The position numbers were made by a program, and so were the translations under genes. Below, in pieces: positions 41,139-53,177 of a DNA stretch of 64,000 nucleotides (position 1 is the first letter of the stretch; each line of letters starts with the position of its first letter). The DNA comes from Octopus vulgaris. Lineage: Eukaryota. The stretch covers positions 111,662,001 to 111,726,000 of the forward strand of contig OX597816.1 of the NCBI GenBank assembly GCA_951406725.2, given 5' to 3'. The notes below the pieces were generated by a model, which was not told the DNA's origin, did no database searches, and worked only from the letters and a program-made list of their open reading frames with translations.

Positions 41139-42160
41139 CATCATCATCATCATCGTTTAACGTCCGTTCTCCATGCTAGCATGGGTTGGACGGTTCAACC
41201 GGGGATCTGGGAAGCCAGAAGGCTGCACCAGGCTCCAGTCTGATCTGGCAGTGTTTCTACGGCTGGATGCCCTTCCTAACGCCAACCACTCCGTGAGTGT
41301 AGTGGGTGCTTTTTACGTGCCACCTGCACAGGTGCCAGGTGAGGCTGGCAAAGGCCACGATCGGATTGGTACATTTTATGTGCCACCGGCATGGAAGCCA
41401 GTCGAGGTGGCACTGGCATCAGCCTCGATTCGGATGGTACATTTTACGTGCCACCGGCACGGAAGCCAGTCGAGGCGACGCTGGCATCGGCCACGATTTG
41501 GATAGCGCTTTTTACGTACCACTGGCACGGAAGCCAGTCTAGGCGGTGCTGGCATTGGCCACCTTCAGATGGTGCTGTTTACGTGCCACCGGCTCAGGGA
41601 TCACACTGCAGTTTCCATTGATTTTGATGTCGGTGTACTTGACTCAATGGATCTCCTCAAGCACAGGGTCGAAATGGTGTTTCTTCACTTCCCACCTGCA
41701 CAGGAGTCAGTCCAGCGGTCCTGGCAACTGCCGGGTGCCAGTCATAGGATTGGTTCCATTTCGATTCCGATTTTGATTTCACTTGCCCCAACAGGTCTTC
41801 GCAAGCGGAGTTTAGTGTCCCATGAAGTGGGGTTGGCATGGGTACCTGTCGTCGGATGAGGTTCAATTTCAACTTTGCTTGCCTCAACAGGTCTTTGTGT
41901 GTCCAAGGGAGGAAAGACATGCATAAGTGGGTTGGACTCACTTGTCCTGCCTGGTCTTCTCACGCACAGCATATTTCCAAAGGTCTCAGTCGCTGGTCAT
42001 TGCCTCGGTGAGGCCTAAAGTTCGAAGGTCGTGCTTCACCACCTCATCCCAGGTTTTCCTGGGTCTACCTCTTCCATGGGTTCCCTCAACTGCTAGGGAT
42101 TGGCACTTTTTCACACACCTATCTTCATCCATTCTCGCCACATGACCATACCAGCGCAAG
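41139..42160 (-). mobile_element. 5'-truncated RTE-clade LINE with long 3'UTR
   Basis: RWYGHVARMDEDRCVKKC...GRGRPRKTWDEVVKHDL C-terminus, ~800-nt 3'UTR containing a tandem array, (GAT)n tail. Confidence 0.92.
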
Positions 42161-42429
42161 CCTCTTCATAGTTATGTTTCACTGCATGTGGGTAAGACCT
42201 GTGGACTACACTTTTCTTTCCACTGGCGACTCTATTAACCACCTTTCAGTGTCTAGATTTTTCAAACACCACAGTCTCACACATTATTGCAAACATAAAG
42301 AGAAGCAGCTAAACTTCAAATTGAACACTGATTCACTCATGGGTGTTAATGAATGCTCTCTTCCTTTGTAATTTTTTTCCTTTCTCATTATTTATTTATG
42401 AATTTATTGTACAAATGATATGAAATCTA

Positions 42430-42895
42430 CAACAATATAATACTGGTTTAATTTCATATCCACTGAATGATGAATGAATTAGCAATTAATAAGAGTCAAA
42501 TACAAATATGTATTCATTAGAAATACTATCTTAACCATCTTGATTTTCAGTTAATTTGACTAATTGTCATTTAATCCTGTATTTTAAGTTTGTAACCAAC
42601 TAATATATGTTGTGCAGAAATATAGATGGAAGAGAAATTTGGTTGCTAAATTAATTACTTAATTAATTTAACATAAAATTGATTTCACTTCTCCCAACTA
42701 GATGCATCATTTATCAGCTTTGTACAAGTAATTATAGTAATTATTCATCTTCAATATAGTTATTTTGTCTCTGGATACTAAAGAGACTCATCATACAATA
42801 ATATATGGAATTATTTTTATAATACTAGCACATATTTGAATATTTATCTGATGAAAGAAAATTATGTAATGGCAATAGCCATCTTTCAAATTTTT
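42430..42895. repeat. Copy 1 of a diverged ~470-bp local direct duplication
   Basis: Shares blocks ATTAGCAATT, AAATACTATCT, GTTGCTAAATT, CATAAAATTGATTT, TTTGTACAAGTAATTATA and TAAAGAGACTCATCATAC in order with 44805-45280. Confidence 0.85.
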
Positions 42896-43840
42896 ATTAA
42901 AATTTCAAAATGCAGAGAGCTTGCAGAATTATTAACATGCTGTATTAAATATTTAGTGGCATTTCTTTGGCTATTTACATTCTAAACTCACATTCTACTT
43001 CAGCCGACTTTGCCTTGTGTCCTGTTGAGCATTGGGGTTGACGCAATCAACTAACACCCTCATTTTAAAATTACTGGACAAAATTTGCCAAAATTTGAAA
43101 CTATTATAATTTCAAAAGTACATAATGATGATGAAATAGTTCGCTACTATATGGATAGCTACTGTGCATCTATACTTGAAACAGATGTAAGAGACTATCT
43201 GTGCATTCTTATTTCGTTCTCTTTTATGATCTATACTCTTGTTGTGATAATTCAACCCTCATGTTTAGATATATAATTGTCATAATCAAACTTCACACCA
43301 GTTGCTTGCTTGTTTACACTTTTATTCTATTATATACATACCTGCTTAATTGATAAACCACCTATAGTCAATTGCCACTAGGCAGCTATAACATACCTGC
43401 TTTTAGTTGCAATTCAAGCCAACCTGAGAACTAAATGTATATACAGCTTACTTTATATTATCAAATGTGATATTGGTTTCAAATTTTGGTGCAAGGCCCA
43501 GAATTATAGAAGAGGGAAAGTAAGTGGACTACATCCACCCCAGTGTTGAACTAGAGTTAATTTTTTTGACTACATAAGGATTAAAGGCAAAGCCAACTTC
43601 AGCATCATTTGAACTCAGCTCATGAAGACAGATGAAATACTGCTAAGCATTTTGCCCAGTGTGCCAATGATTCTGCCAGCTCACCAGCTTATTATCAGAT
43701 GTAATATTCCCTGAATTATATATACATATATACTGAACTACAAAAGAAACATCATGCTGCAAAAGATTATTTATTTTACACACAATATTGAGATTATATG
43801 GATTTTATCACATTTCTAGGTAATTTGACATCAGACATCA

Positions 43841-44022
43841 GTTACAGACACTAGGCAGATGATGCTACAAGCCGAATTAAAAGATTACCTCTCTTATGCT
43901 TTTTCAGTCACCATACGATGACTGGTATCACTAAACAGTGGCTCACAGTACGGTGACTGGAAAAGCATAAGAGAGGTACTCTCTTAATTCAGCTCGAGCA
44001 TTGTCTGCCTAGTGTCTGTGAC
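43841..44022. repeat. Fold-back inverted repeat, 76/75-bp arms, 31-nt loop
   Basis: 43841-43916 matches the reverse complement of 43948-44022 at 66 of 76 positions. Confidence 0.92.
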
Positions 44023-44804
44023 AACTACTCTGAAATGCTAGCATCTCACAGTCTAGGTAAGTGGTACTGCAAGCTGATCTAGGTGTATACACACCAGCTG
44101 TCAACAAGTGAGATATATACTCCATAACAAAATGCAGTGAGTAACTTGTTCCCCAGTTTGACCGTGCATCAAACATATTCAGACACATAACAACATTGCA
44201 ATTTTACTTATCACTGCTTAGTGCTCCCTGTCTGTAAATTACAGTGTAGTATCAGTGTTATTTCATTATTATTTCTAATAAATAGAGGACTCCAGTTGAT
44301 GTGCTACATAAGATGTTTCCGCTATTGTCACCTGGGCAGAATGTTTGAAGCATTTTGTTTTTTGCCATATGATACAACTCAATCATTTGCTTGACAACTG
44401 TTTCTTGTATCGTCAATATTTCCACTTTAAGATATAAACACATAGTTAACATTTCCTTGATATGGATGTAAAGCAATTTCTAACATCTAAATGGATTTCC
44501 TAAACTAAAATATCTACACGAAACCATAGTATCACTTTGAAAGTCATGTTAAACACACAGACACATGTCTGTGCAAACATAAGCTTCCTTTTCTAAACCT
44601 CTAGGATCCAGTAAACTAACCACAACATAATCATTCAATTTACTAGATATAGAAGTCATATCTTTCTCAACTCACAAGTTTTAAAAGAAGAATGCCATTT
44701 TCAATAACATGTACCACAAGACATTATGTTTGAAAGAAAAGCCAATATAGTCAATGCTGAGACATCTTTGATCATAGGTCAGCTTGATCACAGATGACAT
44801 GAAA

Positions 44805-45280
44805 ATATACAGTTATATAGTACCGGCTTTCATTTTCTCACCAACAGAACGATAAATGGATTAGCAATTCCAGAGAATCAAACACAACTCTGCCAGATAC
44901 TGAATATCTCATCAAAAATACTATCTGAAACATCATTGCCAACTGTCTTTTAATCCTCTATCTTGAGTTTGTGGCCAACCAATATAGGATGAGCAGAAAT
45001 AGACTTAGAAGAGAGATTTAGTTGCTAAATTGCTAGCTTAATTACTTCATCATAAAATTGATTTTATTTCCCTTGGCTATATACATTCTTTATCAGGTTT
45101 TGTACAAGTAATTATACATCTTAAATATACTTAAGTCTTATTCTGTCTCTGGACATTAAAGAGACTCATCATACTAAATATAAATAATATATTGATTATT
45201 TTTTAAAGCATCCACATATTTTGTATTTATTTAATAATTGAAAATGATGTAATGGGCTTAGTTATCCTTTGAAGTTTGTG
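44805..45280. repeat. Copy 2 of the ~470-bp duplication
   Basis: Collinear with 42430-42895. Confidence 0.85.
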
Positions 45281-45456
45281 TTATAATTTCAACTACGTAC
45301 ATACATTCATACATACATACATACATATATATATATATATTTATACATACATACACATACATACATATATATATATATGTATATACATACATTCACAGAC
45401 ATATATATATACATGTATATCTACCTATCCATATATACATATATATCTATCTATAT

Positions 45457-45511
<55 letters not shown>

Positions 45512-45898
45512 TATGTAATTGAGGCAGTATTTAGAATAGCTGTCTATATGTCACACTTAATGCATATGCACTGTCGATATGCCAGAAACTACATCATTTG
45601 TCATAAGATATCTCCTATTTTTCTCTCTTCCTGATATTTATTATGTTTTGAACACAATAAATATCAGGCTGAAACAAAAATTTGTCACACCAGTAGCCAG
45701 CAAGAGCAAGGGATGCATTTTGGCCTTTTTAGACCTTTTCAATGGCCTGTAATTGCAACCTGCCACTGGCTTTCGTTAGGAATTTGTCAACACTGATGTA
45801 GGAAAAGGTTAATAAAACAGATAGTGATGTGAATAGCTTCCCAGTTGATTAAAACCCACTGTACACAACTGAAATAGTATTTGAATAAAATACTTGTC

Positions 45899-46782
45899 TA
45901 TGAGGAGGTACCCAAAAGTAACCCAAAACGTTCTCTGTTAGACAAGCTCATTGTTGTTCAGGCTTCCACCACTAGAAGTCACTTGATGCCACCCTCAAGC
46001 ATCATTGAATGAAATCAAACTGCCACGTGGTACGTTTTTGTTTTGCAGTGCTTCTTCCCCCATTTGTCAATTTTTGTGATGGCTGAAATGAAGGAACAGC
46101 ATGCTTCTATAAAATTCTATTTTCCAGAAGAGAAAATGGCAGCCAAAACAGTTGTCATGCTTCAAACAGTTAACAAGGACGCTGCCATGAGCAAAACACA
46201 AGTTTACAAGTAGTTTTCATGCTTTAGGACTGTTCACTTGTCGTTTGAAGACCAACTTCATTCAGGGCATCTGTAAACTTCCCAAATTAAGGAAAAAATC
46301 ATGAAAATTCATGAACTGATTTTGAGGGACCATCACTGAACAATTGATGAACTTGTTGATATGATCGGTGTGTCCTGGAGCACCTGCCAATGAACTTTGA
46401 GCAAGGAACTGTGAATGAAAGGAGTTACAGCAAAATTTTCACCTCACTTGCTCAGAGAAGATGAAAAGTAGCCACAACTGAATGCATGTCATTAACTGAA
46501 AGAGAAGGTTGGAAATTGATCCAAACCTGTTCTAGAAGGTTATCACTGGTGACAAAAGCTGATGCTATGGTATTTGCTAATCTGGAAGAGGTGAACAAAA
46601 AACGATGGAGGTTTTAAAAGGCTTCACTTTGCAAGAGTTCCAGCACTGCTGTGAACAGTGGAAAATGAGTCTAAACCATTGCCTTGCTTGAAATGGAGAA
46701 TAATTTGAAGGCAATAAGAGTGTAAAGTTGTAAATCTAAGTGAATAAAATAATATTGCAGCATTCTGGTTTCTTTTGGGTAT

Positions 46783-46791
<9 letters not shown>
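45899..46791 (+). mobile_element. Internally deleted mariner transposon with both TIRs
   Basis: Left TA-TGAGGAGGTACCCAAAAGTAACC, right GGTTTCTTTTGGGTATCCCCTCG. Broken transposase EQHASIKF..MSKTQVYK*F..EDQLHSG and VITGDKS*CYG jumps directly to the C-terminus NGE*FEG. Confidence 0.9.
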
Positions 46792-46814
<23 letters not shown>

Positions 46815-47358
46815 TTATATACAGACAGATAGACAGATAGATATCATTGTCATCATCGTCATCCTTTAACGTCCATGTTCTATGCTGGTATGGGTTGGAT
46901 GGTTTGACAATGATCCAATGAGCCCAAAAACTGCATTATGTTCCTGTGTCTGCTTTGGCTTGGCTTGTAAAGCTGGATACCCATCCTAATGCCAAACACA
47001 TTACAGTGTGTATGGATGCATTTTTTGTGCTACCAGCACTACTAATGTTCCCATGACACTCACAAGTCAATAATATTGGGAGCTGTGTATGGGATTAATG
47101 TACTGCTTTTAAGATATTACCAGAAATAAATTTTTACTTAATATGAGTTGTTAAGTGGTGTTTATTTTAAGACAAATGGTTAATGATGCTCTTTGTTGAT
47201 GTCAATCTTGGTGCAAGTGTGCCTATATAAGAAAATTACTTCACAGTTACAAGTTTCAGAATTTGATCCCAATGTGCTACACCTTATGTTAGTGTCTTTT
47301 ACCATAACTTTGAGTTAACCCAAGGCTTGTGATTGAAACCAGTTGGTAGGACCTATAG

Positions 47359-47659
47359 TTTATTCCTTCTCGAGCCATGCCTGACTCATAAGGGCTGGTT
47401 TTCCCGTTTCCTTGGTGTTTAGATTCCCCACCTGAATGGGACACCGGCCCATCGCAGGTGAGCTGTAAGATGCAGGAGGAAAGAGTGAGAGAAAGTTGTG
47501 GCAAAAGAGTCAGCAGAAGTTCGCCATTACATTCTGCCGGAGCCGCGTAGTGCTTAGGTGTTTCGCTCATAAACACACACATCGCCCGGTCTGAGATTCA
47601 AACCCACGATCCCTCGAGCATGAGTCCGCTGCTCTAACCACTAAGCCATGTGCCCTCAC
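47359..47659 (-). mobile_element. Full-length young SINE (family C variant) with 12-bp target-site duplication
   Basis: tRNA-like head GGCACATGGCTTAGTGGTTAGAGC...GGTTTGAATCTC. Flanked by TAGGACCTATAG (47347-47358) and TAGAACCTATAG (47660-47671). Confidence 0.9.
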
Positions 47660-47864
47660 TAGAACCTATAGCGAGGTGGTTAATATTGTAAAAGGTATCA
47701 ATTTTGCTAATCTAAACTCATTGTCCAGTACTCTATCGACTCAGCAACTGCACTCTCTATTACTTCTAAAGAAAAACTTCTAATTACAATGTAACTCCAT
47801 TAGACATAGGAAGCCTCTTCCTTAGTGTACCTGCTGAAAACATGATTGCAATGTATCCAATAAA

Positions 47865-47909
<45 letters not shown>

Positions 47910-48431
47910 ATGTATGTATGTATGTATGTATGTATGTCTACACATCATAAACAGAAACTCCTTTTCCATACCATATGAAATATCTAAGAAATTATTAAAA
48001 TGTTGTGATTCAAAGGTTTCCTTCCAATATCTTAAATAAGAACACCATTCAAATTGACAACATGACTGTGGTAGCTATTTTAGACAGCTTCTTCACTTTC
48101 CTATTTGCAATGATAAAGATGACACACTTCTGTACATCGATAATGTCTTTCCAATAGTGATAAAGTAGAAGATATGCAGCAATACAAAAAAAAAATCACT
48201 ATATAAAAATTTACCTACAATCTCAGTGTCAATAATAAAATTCCATTCCAAGATATAAATATAGAAAATACTAATGATAAATTAATAATGTTTCTACCCC
48301 ACCCACACACACACACACTCTTTCTCTCTCTCTCTCTCTCATTCTCTCCCTTTCCCTCATTGTCTCTCTCTTTCTGTAATATATATTCATGTGTGTGTAA
48401 GTATACATATATAAGTATATATAAATATATA

Positions 48432-48464
<33 letters not shown>

Positions 48465-48514
48465 GAATGTATGTATGTCTATGGATTCATATGTGTGTAT
48501 GTGTGTGTATATGC

Positions 48515-48560
<46 letters not shown>

Positions 48561-48620
48561 TGAATGAATGTATATATATCTATGGATTCATATGTGTGTA
48601 TGTGTGTGTATATGCATAAG

Positions 48621-48682
<62 letters not shown>

Positions 48683-48767
48683 GTATATATGTGTGTGTAT
48701 ATATATATATATATGTATGTATATATGTGTGTGTATATATATATATATATTTATATGTATATATATT

Positions 48768-48812
<45 letters not shown>

Positions 48813-49247
48813 TGTATGACTGCATGTATGTATACTTAGTCACTCAACAAATCTATATAAATGTCCATGCAAATCATCATGAGTGTTCATATAGGTACAA
48901 AATTTCAGTCATAAAAACATTAAATAAAAGTGCTCATAAAAGTTCAGACATCAAATATCTCTTAAAGATACAAACTAACGCAATTCAACCAATCCTCATC
49001 AACTAGAGGTACTTCAAATTATTAGTGAAGAAATGCATAAAAATATCCAATGAAATACTCCATCATAAAAACACGAATAAAATGATCAAACAAAGGACAA
49101 TACAATACATAAAATTTACTATGGCAAACAACAGAATCAAATACATAAATGAAATGAACCAATACTTATCAGTAATATTAAACATAGCATTAAATAACCA
49201 ACAAACTAATAAGATATCATGGTCTGTGATCTGCATTACCCATAACA

Positions 49248-49307
<60 letters not shown>

Positions 49308-49441
49308 TATACATATGTGTGTTTATATGTATGTATATATATATATATATATATGTAAATATATAGATATATATATGTAAATATATATATATGCAAATAT
49401 ATATATGTAAATAATTTGAAACTGACTTGTAAATTGGAAAT

Positions 49442-49484
49442 CCACCTGAAGATTGTCGATCAGGACAAGAAACAATTGTAGTGG
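49442..49484 (+). ncRNA. Minimal type I hammerhead ribozyme (Penelope-like pLTR type)
   Basis: Stem I CCAC/GTGG; core CTGAAGA; stem II TTGTC/GACAA; GAAA; palindromic stem III ACAATTGT; cleavage triplet GTA at 49478-49480. Confidence 0.8.
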
Positions 49485-49584
49485 CGGTTTTTTTAACTTT
49501 TTATTAAAATTTTATGTATTGATTAAGTCTTTCCTTGTTTGTTTTGCAAAATAGTGGTTTTGTCTCTAATTAATATTATATATG

Positions 49585-49622
<38 letters not shown>

Positions 49623-49676
49623 AATATGTAAATATACATATTTGTAAATATGTAAATATATATATATGTAAATATG

Positions 49677-49718
<42 letters not shown>

Positions 49719-49809
49719 AATATATATATATATATGTAAATATATATATATGTAAATATATATATATATATATATATGTGTAAATATATATATATATATA
49801 AATATATAC

Positions 49810-49911
49810 TCAAAATAAGCAACAAGAATAACTTTGGTGCATCAAGCAAATTCCGACACGAATAACCAAAACAACAAGAATAACCAAAGTTATTCTTGTT
49901 GCTTATTTTGA
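49810..49911. repeat. Perfect 29-bp inverted repeat with 44-nt spacer
   Basis: TCAAAATAAGCAACAAGAATAACTTTGGT (49810-49838) is the exact reverse complement of 49883-49911. Confidence 0.95.
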
Positions 49912-50025
49912 TTATAACCACCCCATGGATTTATATGGATAACACCATTCAAAATTCTGGTGCATCTAACTTAAGTACCATATTTATTTGAATCTAAATT
50001 TTGTTGAACTTATATAAAAATATAA

Positions 50026-50056
<31 letters not shown>

Positions 50057-50892
50057 TATACATATATGCTCATATATGAAACGCACACATATACACTATA
50101 TATTTGTATATATTAATTATATATATATATATATATACACAAACATATAGACACACACACATATATACTATATATATAAATACATATATGCACATACATA
50201 CAGATACATACAGATACTCACACACAAACACATCTATATACATACATAGACATACATGTATAAATATATATGTATACCTGATAATACCTGTTGGAGGCTT
50301 CAGCTTTCCAAATCATTACTCCAATTTCTAATTGGTTCTTTTTAGACAATTACAAGTAACTCGAAGTGTTGGCTTTGAAATTATATACAACATTTTTGCA
50401 AAAAACACATAAATTCTGATTGGTTGGAAAATCATAAGAAAATTTAGCATTCAAAATGAGAATACTGTAACTATTGTTGAAAAGTAACTAGGAACACAGC
50501 ATGAGCAAAAACATTTAGGAAATGTGAAAAATTATTTTGACTTATATAAAAATATAAAAATTAAATGCTTAAAACATACATAAATTGTTTGCTGTTTTCC
50601 CTACTTAAAATATGCATTGGAACATTGAAAGTTTTAATGTAAATTATTCATAAGAGAATATTAAGTCAAAATTTTTTCCATTGCGTAAACCTTTGGAAGT
50701 AAGAAAAAAAAATTTTATTCAGTACTAATTTTAAAATTCTTTTGCAACAAATTAATACAGTTTAGGCAAGAACTCACTTAGCTAGATTTCTCATGTAAAA
50801 TAATAAAATCCTGTTTAAATATTTTGCTTTTCAGTGATATATAGAGATTGCACTGGGTGTTTCCATGTATATGTGGAAAGGTATTTTTTATA

Positions 50893-52620
50893 ATCATCAT
50901 CATCATCATCGTTTAACGTCCGTTTTCCATGCTGGCATGGGTTAGGCAGTTTGACTGAAGATGGCAAGCCAGAAAGCTGCACCAGGCTCCAGTCTGATCT
51001 GGCAAGGTTTCTACAGCTGGATACCCTTCCTCACACCAACCACTCCGAGAGTGTAGTGGCTGCTTTTTACAGGCCACTGACACAAGGACCAATAAGGAAG
51101 TACTGGCATGAACTACATTTAAATGGTGCTTTTTACATGCCACCAGCACCTTTGTAGCAGTTGGCTATGGTGCTGCTACACCAGTCATTGGGTATAACTC
51201 CTTCACCTATCACCTGATTGACTATACAGGTGACTAGACTATAGCCTACACTGCCAGATATTTTAAGCATCTCTGTGGTGATTCCTGATTGGCTAGGGGC
51301 TTTCCCTGTCTTCATACCCTTAATTGCTTTATCTACCAAGATACTGTCAATTCGGATAGCTGGTCCCTCTGTTGGGTTGACATTTGGCAGAATCTCTTTC
51401 TCCCATTCATTCTCTTCATTTACCAAGCTTTCATAGTGGCATTTCCAAGTCTCTGTCTTTACAGCCTCATTAAATGCAAGTGAGCCATCATACATGTAGA
51501 CACATTTCCCTGCTATGACATCACGGTTCTCTCTCACATACTGTCTTGCAACATGAAGCACTTCAAGTCTTTGATCATCATGCCACAGAACATGGGCAAT
51601 TTTTTTTCTTTTCCCCTCTGGCTAAGCTTCCATTCTGATACAATTCCCTGCAACCACCATTCTTCCAATCCTTCTATGGCTGTTTCTTTTCCCTAATGGA
51701 CTTGTCAACTACATTGTTCCATAACCACGTTACCTTAGGTCAAGAAGGGACTTTGCACCATTCACAGATCTGGTTAGTAGCCCTCAACAGGTCATCCTGT
51801 AGGAACTTCCAGTTGTCTTCTACATTATGTGATGCTTTATCCTCCTCTACTTTTTCAAAAGCTTCAAATAACACATCTTTAAACCTCTGTCCATTCACAG
51901 GATCCTTGAGCTTCTAGACCCTTCTCTTCCATGCTGGTCATCTTCTGGGCATCCATTTCGCCCTGATCCTGAAGTCACTAACTACTAATCTGTGGGCTGC
52001 ATTCTTCACTTGGGAAGGTTTTGGCATTTATAAGTAGCCATCTTTCTCGTTTCCTGGCGAGGATGTAGTCAATCTGACTAGTGTGTCCACCAGACTAATA
52101 GGTGAACAGGTGACTGGCAGGTTTCCTGAAGTTAGTATTACAGACCATAAGATCATTTGTATTACAGAACTCCAGTAGTCTGGTTCCCTGCTCATTGCAG
52201 GAACCAAATCCATAGCCACCATATACACCATGGAAGGTGTTGTCTTACATTCAAGTTGCCAGCCACAAAGAGAAGGTCTCTGTCACCTGTTGATGAGGTA
52301 GTCTGCAATAGGGTGTCATAAAAGTAGTCTTTCTCTTCATCAGGTAACACTGGCTGAGGGGCATAAGCTGAGATAATGGTTGCTAATCCATGTTGCAGCA
52401 CTAATCTAAGCTTAGGTATTCTATCAGAGACTCTGACTGCCTCGATTACCTTATCAACCAATTTCTCCACAAGAAGTATACCCATGCCCCCAAACTTATA
52501 AGTGTTACCTACCCAGAAAATCTTATACCTATGTTCTTTGCCTGTGATGAACCTATCAGAACTTCCTCTCCACCTTACCTTTTGAATGCAGCACAAATCT
52601 ACACATCTCCGTTCAAGCAT
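50893..52620 (-). mobile_element. Internally deleted RTE-clade LINE (APE endonuclease and linker fused to the 3'UTR)
   Basis: VDLCCIQKVRWRG, IISAYAPQ and VAGNLN (APE); MKTGKAP..EMLK..IPNDW..CYKG then jumps at ~51150 to the 3'UTR and (GAT)n tail. Confidence 0.9.
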
Positions 52621-52725
52621 CCGTATCTGTGGTATAGTTTATGTAGAAAGCAGTGATATATGTATCGTTCAAAGCAAAAGCACAACACAGCCTTATCGAA
52701 ATATATCTGGTATTTAAAAGACATA

Positions 52726-52972
52726 TACAAGGTGGTATTAAAATGTTCCTGGACTAGTCATGTTTAATAAAAAATAACTTATTTATCTAAGTTTTAACAT
52801 CATCTTCTTTGAAATAGTCACCATGTACAGCAATACACTAGTTCCAGCATTCTTACCACTTTTGAAATCTGGCGTGGAAGTCATTTTTCCATAAGTGAGT
52901 TGAGGACCTTTTGCAATTCACTCTTCATCTCAACAACAGTGTTAAAATGGTAATCTTTGAGCTGCATTTTCA
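52726..52972 (-). mobile_element. 3' end of a decayed mariner transposon
   Basis: TA-CAAGGTGGTATTAAAATGTTCCTGGACT terminus. Minus strand reads KW*ECWN*CIAVHGDYFKEDDVKT*. Confidence 0.8.
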
Positions 52973-53177
52973 AACAACTTTTCAAACACATTTTCAAGCA
53001 ACTTTTCAAACACGTTTATTTCTATGCAATCTTTGTAGCATTGAAAAATGTTGAATATTTTACAAGATATTGAAATTTTAAACACAAAATCCAATTAAGA
53101 GAGTTAGGGAAGATGCTCTATCAAAGTTTGGCTTGATTTCTCTACTGATTAATACCTCTTTCTTCTAGTGATGTATA

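Larger units (their letters stand above)
48380..50280. repeat. Extended (TA)n/(TG)n and TATGTAAA(TA)n low-complexity field with embedded unique islands
   Basis: Direct reading of the sequence. Confidence 0.9.

Noticed and set aside
41173-41972. Overlapping ORFs and a regular repeat array resembling CRISPR
   Set aside because: This is the GC-rich RTE 3'UTR. The apparent spacers are homologous to each other, the context is eukaryotic, and no cas genes are present.
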